From positions 1-54,410 of the forward strand of contig JAQBYT010000028.1 of the NCBI GenBank assembly GCA_027622665.1: a DNA stretch of 54,410 nucleotides, in the 5' to 3' direction. The stretch is from Verrucomicrobiota bacterium (GTDB taxonomy: Bacteria; Verrucomicrobiota; Verrucomicrobiia; Opitutales; Seribacteraceae). Both the position numbers and the translations under genes were made by a program. Below are positions 48,969 to 54,410 of the stretch, piece by piece. The notes beneath the pieces are model-generated. The model saw only the letters and a program-made list of their open reading frames with translations. It did no database searches and was not told the DNA's origin. Position 1 is the first letter of the stretch; each line of letters begins with the position of its first letter.

Positions 48969-49373
48969 CTAAACATCAAACCTTTTGCCTCTGTTTTCAT
49001 TTTGGTTCAAATAAGCGGTGCGAATCTTACGAATACGTGAAGTCTGTTCAGGCGTTATTTCGCCGTCATTTCGTGGTTGCTGAGCAATGAGATTATTTAG
49101 GGTTTGCGAGTTGCGAGACTGGATTTTCAGAATTCGATCCAAGTTTACTCCGAGTTCAGGAATCTCACGTGGATCACGCATGAGAGATTCCCGTGCATTT
49201 AAAACAGACTCAAGAGCACGATCTTTTTCTTGGACTATCTGCTCCAGTTCGTCCAGTTCGATGGACACTATCGCCTGAGTTTCCGAATGTAGCAGCGTCT
49301 CATATTCATCAACTGCCTCGGAAAAAGCTTTTTCCTCTGGGCTCACGACCGAGGTGTTATCGTCGGATGACAG
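48969..49373 (-). CDS. Helical flagellar chaperone-like protein (FlgN/FliT-like)
   Basis: All-helical (LL..E..AI......L..I...K, Q.RN...L, terminal AY), directly after fliS. Start uncertain: CTG 49373 after GAGGGA, or GTG 49346; the track start 49457 overlaps fliS. Confidence 0.55.
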   Translation of the reverse strand: MSSDDNTSVVSPEEKAFSEAVDEYETLLHSETQAIVSIELDELEQIVQEKDRALESVLNARESLMRDPREIPELGVNLDRILKIQSRNSQTLNNLIAQQPRNDGEITPEQTSRIRKIRTAYLNQNENRGKRFDV

Positions 49374-49381
49374 TGGTCCCT

Positions 49382-49816
49382 CTAGGCTTGAAGAGAGAGA
49401 GACCCGGGTTCGCCACTGACTTCGTGTTCGGGGTTTTGCATCAGCATCTCGGCCCAAGCTTCGCGCAGTTCGTTTATCGTCTTTTCAGCTTCATCTATTG
49501 GAGCGGAATCCTTCTTTAGGTTTGCTTGCTGCAACTGATGAAGAACATAATCGTAGAGACGGTAAAGAGTGCCGGGAAGATCTCCGGGAACTGACATGTC
49601 GAGGGACGCTTGCAGTTCAGTAACGATATTCTGGGCACGAATCAAATTGTTGTTGATGTCTTCGTTCCTTTTCGTGAACTCTTCTTCCTTAAACGCTCGT
49701 TTGGCGGCAGACATGAAACGTAGAGCTCCGTCAAAAAGCATAAGGACTAGCTTCCCGGGGCTTGCCGTTTGAATGGACTGCGCCTTGTAGGATCGGGCTA
49801 TCTTTTCGTATTGCAT
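49382..49816 (-). CDS. fliS: Flagellar export chaperone FliS
   Basis: Y....IQTASPGKLVLMLFDGAL, AQNIVTELQASLD, L.RLYDY, ELREAW. Confidence 0.96.
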   Translation of the reverse strand: MQYEKIARSYKAQSIQTASPGKLVLMLFDGALRFMSAAKRAFKEEEFTKRNEDINNNLIRAQNIVTELQASLDMSVPGDLPGTLYRLYDYVLHQLQQANLKKDSAPIDEAEKTINELREAWAEMLMQNPEHEVSGEPGSLSLQA

Positions 49817-49846
49817 AAGTCGGGTAGATTGGCTGCGACTGCCAAA

Positions 49847-50134
49847 TCAGGCGTCGAATTCTTCGTTGTCGATTAATTTCTCCGCCAATCCTTCTAAAAT
49901 CGAGTCGGTGGGCCAGTTCGGGTCAGAGAGAAGTGCTTTACCACGTTCCACGACTTCGAGGCGAATGGAAACGGAACTGGATTCCACTCTTTCGGCTAGC
50001 TTTCCGATATCTGTCAATGCGTGCCCTTCGATTGATTGAATTTGCGCATTGGGGATAGGCGATGATGGCAATCGAGATAGTGCTCGCAACTTATTCGAGC
50101 CACTCGGATTTGCATCAACTGATATGGGATCCAT
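49847..50134 (-). CDS. FlgM-like anti-sigma28 factor (putative)
   Basis: 95 aa, low-structure N-half, C-terminal IRLEVVERGKALL...W......LAEKL resembling the FlgM R...V.....I....Y......IA pattern; flagellar context. Confidence 0.55.
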   Translation of the reverse strand: MDPISVDANPSGSNKLRALSRLPSSPIPNAQIQSIEGHALTDIGKLAERVESSSVSIRLEVVERGKALLSDPNWPTDSILEGLAEKLIDNEEFDA

Positions 50135-50220
50135 AATGAAAAATTACCTTAACGGTCGTTATTACTTATTTAATATGAACCAGATCATGAATGTCCGCAA
50201 CCCTTTTAAGGCAATTCTTT

Positions 50221-50874
50221 TTAGCGGATTGGAAGCGTTGAAAAAATCGAGTGTGCTACATACTTTGCGAAAGTTCGCGGCGATGCAGTCGTACTGCCGT
50301 TCGTTCGAGCAGATATATTATTTACTTGAACCAGTCTCTGGAATTGGTTTGCCGAAACAATCACACCTGGTTGACCTGCGTCGAACGTTTCGTCAATTGC
50401 CCATAGAAAGTCAGCGCTTTTGATCTCCACTAGTTTAGAACGTACGCTCAGGGCGAGAGGCTTGTAAGCTCGATAGGAGTCCAAGTCCACCAGCAGAACT
50501 CCATTTGCCCCCGTGGCTTTTTCGATGTCGGACAGAAAGGTTTCAGGCATTTCGCTAGAGGATGAAATTCTTCGTATTCCGAAGAGCGCTTTCATTTGTT
50601 CCGTTGAGATGCGAACGGTTTCAAAAAGTCGCTGCTTCGTTAATTCTTGATGGAATATCTCGTCGACATAGTCGAGAAGCGGTGAATCTTCGTCTGCAAA
50701 ATAGCAAGGCAGCATCGCAACCCTGGTAAAGTTAATGGGGAGTCTCTCCGTGGGATACAGGTTTTTTGGAAGAAACGGCTCGGCTTGTCGCACTACCTTT
50801 TCCTGCTCGAACCGGCGACAGGAGGAGAAGGCGAGAGTGGCGCACAGGAAAATTGTCAGGTATGGAGTTTTCAT
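50221..50874 (-). CDS. Hypothetical lipoprotein in the flagellar cluster
   Basis: Lipobox-like FSS-C; alpha/beta pattern (RVAMLP...GANGVL...LVE.....LW) reminiscent of CsgG/FlgO/TolB-N-like folds. Confidence 0.7.
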   Translation of the reverse strand: MKTPYLTIFLCATLAFSSCRRFEQEKVVRQAEPFLPKNLYPTERLPINFTRVAMLPCYFADEDSPLLDYVDEIFHQELTKQRLFETVRISTEQMKALFGIRRISSSSEMPETFLSDIEKATGANGVLLVDLDSYRAYKPLALSVRSKLVEIKSADFLWAIDETFDAGQPGVIVSANQFQRLVQVNNISARTNGSTTASPRTFAKYVAHSIFSTLPIR

Positions 50875-50911
50875 TTCTTCTGGCGATTGATCCGACTGGT
50901 TTGACCATTCA

Positions 50912-53900
50912 TCATTTCTTAGAATTAGAAGTAAAGGAGTTTGTCAGAGTTTGCATTTGGCTGCTGATTTTTGATTGCATCTCTTCCATCCGAATAAATC
51001 CTTGGGTCAAGGCCTTTTCTCGCTGTTCGAGATAGCGTTCCAAATCCTCTATACGCTGATCGATGCGCTTGTTTTGGGCGCGAATGCTGTCGGCATGGGC
51101 TTGATAGGTCCCCTTGTAACCGGAATCACTGTCGCCGGAAAGAAAATTGCCGAGAAAATCGTTCAAGTCAAAAGTAACGCCTTGGTATTGTCTATTCGTG
51201 GTCCCTGTGTTCTTGTCGTTGGCAGTCGCGGTGGCTTCGGCAAAGAGAGCTTTCACTTTGTCCGGATTATTCAACAGTTCCTCGGTAAGCTTGGAGGAAT
51301 CTTTCATTTCGAGACGATCGCTACCGGTGCCGAAATCAAGACCAATGTCCGCTAGGCGGAAAGAGCTGAACTGAGGAGAGTACGCTGCCCAAGCACCTCC
51401 GTTCCATTCGTAATAGGTAGTGTCGCCGATGGTGTGAGCCCCAACCGACTCATCCGCCTTTACCTTTACTTGATAGCCAGCATCAGTCCCTCCAAGTCCG
51501 AGATCGCTTTGAACACTAGTTAGCAGTGCGTAAGTGCTGACGGTCAGGTCCGTACCGTCTTGGGCTATCTTGCTTTCGGAGTGCACGTAACTGTCTCCAA
51601 ACACTATCTTGCGCAACTGGCTGCCTAGCCGACTAATCTCGATGTTGCTGGAAAACCTACCCGCTGTAACATTATCGCCGTCTTGATTCACCGCGACCAA
51701 GCTGCGAACGTAATCTTGAGCATCATTGAACTCTTCGACAAACTTCCCGATCGCGTTTCTCGCGGGGTTGGAATCCCGTTCAATCTTTACGGTGCCTTGG
51801 TCTCCGACTGCACCTCCGCCGACGTCAAAGGTTATTCCCTCGTATCCGTGCACCGTTTCATCAAAGGAGGCCGTATTATTATAGATGGTCTCTCCATCGT
51901 TTATCTTGATGGCGTAATTGTTGCCTAGTTCACTGTTCGCAGCTCGTCCTACGCCTCGTGCAACCTGTTCCCATTTTGAATTGGTTCTGTCGAGCGTTTG
52001 TCCAGAGGGAACATCATCCAGCGCTTGCCAGTACGTGGTGGTCGAGCCTATTGTTTGCTTTATGTACGTGCCCTTTGTATAAGTTGCCGAATTGTTGAAC
52101 GCAGTGTAATCGGTTTCGGTAGTGGGTGCGGCAAGACCCATTAATCCTAGTAAGTTTCCTGTGGCTTGGTTTGCGGTCAATGTGTCCCAGACACCATCCG
52201 GCTGGGCAGTGGAAGCTGCTTCCAGTGGTCGTTCGTGCAGGGTGATGCCGATGGCGCCGTCCGCATTGTTCTGAACCACGAACTTATCACCAACGGGGTC
52301 GTAATACATTGTGACGTTGGCTGCGGAATCGTTGACTCGTTGGATAAGGTCGGCCACGGTATCCTCGTTGACGTTGTAATCTATTCGCACGGCTCCGGTT
52401 CCGTCGCCGATATAAAAAACATCCCCTGTTGCATTGAAGTTCGCGCCGGCAAAGCCATCGAAGTTGGCGTCGGCGATCTTTTCGGTCAAACTAACTGAGC
52501 CAAGAGACTGACTGCTGCTGAGAACAGTTTCGGACAAAGTTTCCCAGTAATTTTCCCAACCGGCTGTCAGACCTGGGGTTAGCATGTCGTTTTGTTTCCA
52601 GAACTCTTGGTCGGTGTAAGTAAACCCATACGCCTGATCCTCGGTCATGGAGCTTGTGGGGCCCAATAATGCCCAGTCGTCGGCGTTTGCCGGAAGAGCC
52701 GGATCCTTGTTGGTCGTGCTCACGCGCGCCTTATAAAAATTTGAATCACTAGCTTGGAGAATGGTCCCGGGGCTGTAAACAGTCGCGCCAGCGTACGATG
52801 GGACGGCTTGTGTCGGTCGCAATGCAGCTTCACCAGTATCGTGATTGCCAAACGTTCCGTCATTCCCAGCCGAGGCTTGGACATTGCCGACTTGTTTCCA
52901 AATAGTGTGGTCCACGGCATTGGCAACTACCGCATTGTTGGCCACGCGCGTCATGCCGGGCTTTATTTGTTGCCAATAAAGAGGGTCGAACTCGCCTACT
53001 CCATCACCGTTTGCATGGGCGATCTCCGTCCACCAGTTCGTGAAGGCGGCATCGGCGGGACTCGTCAATTCGGTAGTAACCTCCCCCCACCAACTCGCAT
53101 TAGTTAGGTCATTGAGGGTGGCGGTCTTGTCCGTCCACCAAGCAGCATCTGATTTGTCCTTTAAAGTGGCGCTGGCATCCGTCCACCAATTGGTGTTCGT
53201 TAGATCCGTCAAAGTAGATGAGACTTCCTGCCAGTATCCGTCGTTGACGCCTGCTCCCAATGGTGTGGTGATAGCGATTTCGGGTACGTATTCCCAGAAG
53301 TCGTCCTGAATGGAACCACCGGTAAGCGTTCCGCCGCCGGGGAAGTTGACGATATCAGTAGTTACGTCTTCCCAGTAGTCGGTATCCGCAGCAGTGGTGT
53401 CTTGATCATTTAGGGTTACGGCGGAAGTGACTTCTGTCCAATAGGCGTTTTCGGCAAGCGCGGTGGCGTCAGTGTCCTGAGTCCAGTAAGTGTTGGTAGC
53501 GGTTGGTGCTTTTACGTCGGTGTCGACGTTTGCCCAATAGGCATTGTTGGCCAGTGTGGTGGCGTCAGTGTCCTGAGTCCAGTAAGTGTTGGTAGCGGTT
53601 GGCGTTTTTACGGCGGTGTCGACGTTTGCCCAATAGGCATTGCTGGCCAGCGTGGTGGCGTCAGTGTCCTGAGTCCAGTAAGCGTTGGTAGCGGTTGGTG
53701 TTTTTACGGCGGTGTCGACGTTTGCCCAATAGGCATTGTTGGCCAGTGTGGTGGCGTCAGTGTCCTGAGTCCAGTAAGCGTTGGTAGCGGTTGGTGCTTT
53801 TACGTCGGTGTCGACGTTTGCCCAATAGGCATTGTTGGCCAGCGTGGTGGCGGCGGTCTCTTCCGACCAATAGGCGTTGGTCGCCGTGGGCTTCGTTACG

Positions 53901-54409
53901 GCAGTTGTTTCATCGGTGACCATAGAGCCAACGACACTCGCCAAGGCGGTTTGTCCGCTATCGGTCCAGCTCGCGGGGTTGGAATCAGGGTCAGTCGTCA
54001 AGTTCCCACCGCTTGCATTTTGAAAGAACTTACCACTAACGTTCCCCTTGACCCAGGCTCCGTTTACAGCGGGATTGCCACCGTTGATCGTGTTGCTGGC
54101 GCCGGCATAAGTCGAACCACCGCTAACCTTATAATAACTCCCCGAATCCTCGATAAGGGTTCCAGAGGCATAGCTTGATCCTGCCGCAAAGGAAGCGGTT
54201 GCTCCGAGGCTGGAGAGCGCTGAATAAACTTTTCCTTGAGTTATATTGAGTACTCTATCGGCGTTCGCGATGCTTCCTAGGTTTGCGCCTGATATACCAC
54301 CACCCGAAGTGAAGGTGGCTTCCGCAAGTGCTTGTTGTGCTTGCCAGAACGACCCTCCGCCGGCCACGACTTCGTTAGTGTAGTTGGTTGTTGCCGCGTG
54401 ATTCTGTAT
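50912..54409 (-). CDS. fliD: Flagellar filament cap protein FliD, very large, 5' end outside the window
   Basis: FliD C-terminal features (GITF, FVEEFN, LADIGL, L...L..NPDKV..LF, I..LE..L...E..L...F..ME....K..SQ); Flagellin-IN-like DTVADLIQRVN; frame stays open to the window edge; fliS nearby. Confidence 0.9.
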   Translation of the reverse strand: MQNHAATTNYTNEVVAGGGSFWQAQQALAEATFTSGGGISGANLGSIANADRVLNITQGKVYSALSSLGATASFAAGSSYASGTLIEDSGSYYKVSGGSTYAGASNTINGGNPAVNGAWVKGNVSGKFFQNASGGNLTTDPDSNPASWTDSGQTALASVVGSMVTDETTAVTKPTATNAYWSEETAATTLANNAYWANVDTDVKAPTATNAYWTQDTDATTLANNAYWANVDTAVKTPTATNAYWTQDTDATTLASNAYWANVDTAVKTPTATNTYWTQDTDATTLANNAYWANVDTDVKAPTATNTYWTQDTDATALAENAYWTEVTSAVTLNDQDTTAADTDYWEDVTTDIVNFPGGGTLTGGSIQDDFWEYVPEIAITTPLGAGVNDGYWQEVSSTLTDLTNTNWWTDASATLKDKSDAAWWTDKTATLNDLTNASWWGEVTTELTSPADAAFTNWWTEIAHANGDGVGEFDPLYWQQIKPGMTRVANNAVVANAVDHTIWKQVGNVQASAGNDGTFGNHDTGEAALRPTQAVPSYAGATVYSPGTILQASDSNFYKARVSTTNKDPALPANADDWALLGPTSSMTEDQAYGFTYTDQEFWKQNDMLTPGLTAGWENYWETLSETVLSSSQSLGSVSLTEKIADANFDGFAGANFNATGDVFYIGDGTGAVRIDYNVNEDTVADLIQRVNDSAANVTMYYDPVGDKFVVQNNADGAIGITLHERPLEAASTAQPDGVWDTLTANQATGNLLGLMGLAAPTTETDYTAFNNSATYTKGTYIKQTIGSTTTYWQALDDVPSGQTLDRTNSKWEQVARGVGRAANSELGNNYAIKINDGETIYNNTASFDETVHGYEGITFDVGGGAVGDQGTVKIERDSNPARNAIGKFVEEFNDAQDYVRSLVAVNQDGDNVTAGRFSSNIEISRLGSQLRKIVFGDSYVHSESKIAQDGTDLTVSTYALLTSVQSDLGLGGTDAGYQVKVKADESVGAHTIGDTTYYEWNGGAWAAYSPQFSSFRLADIGLDFGTGSDRLEMKDSSKLTEELLNNPDKVKALFAEATATANDKNTGTTNRQYQGVTFDLNDFLGNFLSGDSDSGYKGTYQAHADSIRAQNKRIDQRIEDLERYLEQREKALTQGFIRMEEMQSKISSQMQTLTNSFTSNSKK
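53438..53905 (-). repeat. In-frame 96-nt (32-aa) tandem repeat in fliD: four near-identical units plus one diverged partial unit
   Basis: CCAATAGGC recurs at 53438, 53534, 53630, 53726, 53822; unit NAYWANVDT[AD]VK[TA]PTATN[AT]YWTQDTDATTLA[NS]. Confidence 0.97.
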
Positions 54410-54410
54410 G

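Noticed and set aside
50135..50220. Sigma28 promoter for the flgM-like gene
   Set aside because: TAAA-N15 is followed by CATGATCT, too far from GCCGATAA to call.
53438..53905. Ice-nucleation/antifreeze protein or CRISPR interpretation of the fliD repeats
   Set aside because: No spacers; Thr-rich, but lacks the regular InaZ AGYGST-type octapeptide periodicity.

Overview
Bacterial chromosomal window. Gene content suggests Verrucomicrobiota, probably Opitutales (inference, no search run). Left to right: tRNA-Val(CAC) next to a ~1.25 kb AT-rich decayed islet bounded by a copy of the tRNA 5' half; PhoD-like phosphatase, MsbA-like ABC exporter, M50-like peptidase, small HAD phosphatase, MerC-like protein, sulfatase and djlA; a large, lower-GC S8 protease with 240-nt repeats and a Trp/Tyr-rich C-terminal domain; a TolC/MFP/permease/ATPase exporter; a complete alternative complex III operon (actABCDEF) followed by a cbb3-like module; a divergent FAD oxidoreductase; a coiled-coil protein with an uncalled 54-aa lipoprotein; rsmI, ppx-like, gap-pgk-tpiA, two HDOD proteins, lnt, dus, DUF151, aroK, exbBD, leuCD; and the end of a flagellar cluster (flgN-like, fliS, flgM-like, lipoprotein, very large fliD running off the window). 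Best candidate for an undescribed system: the ACIII operon feeds a cbb3-derived module that looks unable to reduce O2. Its CcoN homologue lacks both low-spin heme b ligands, one CuB His and the cross-linked Tyr; its CcoO homologue has Cys where the axial Met should be; no canonical ccoN is in the operon. Second candidate: a FliD cap carrying an expanding Trp-repeat array and CBM-like modules. All family calls are from motif recognition by eye.
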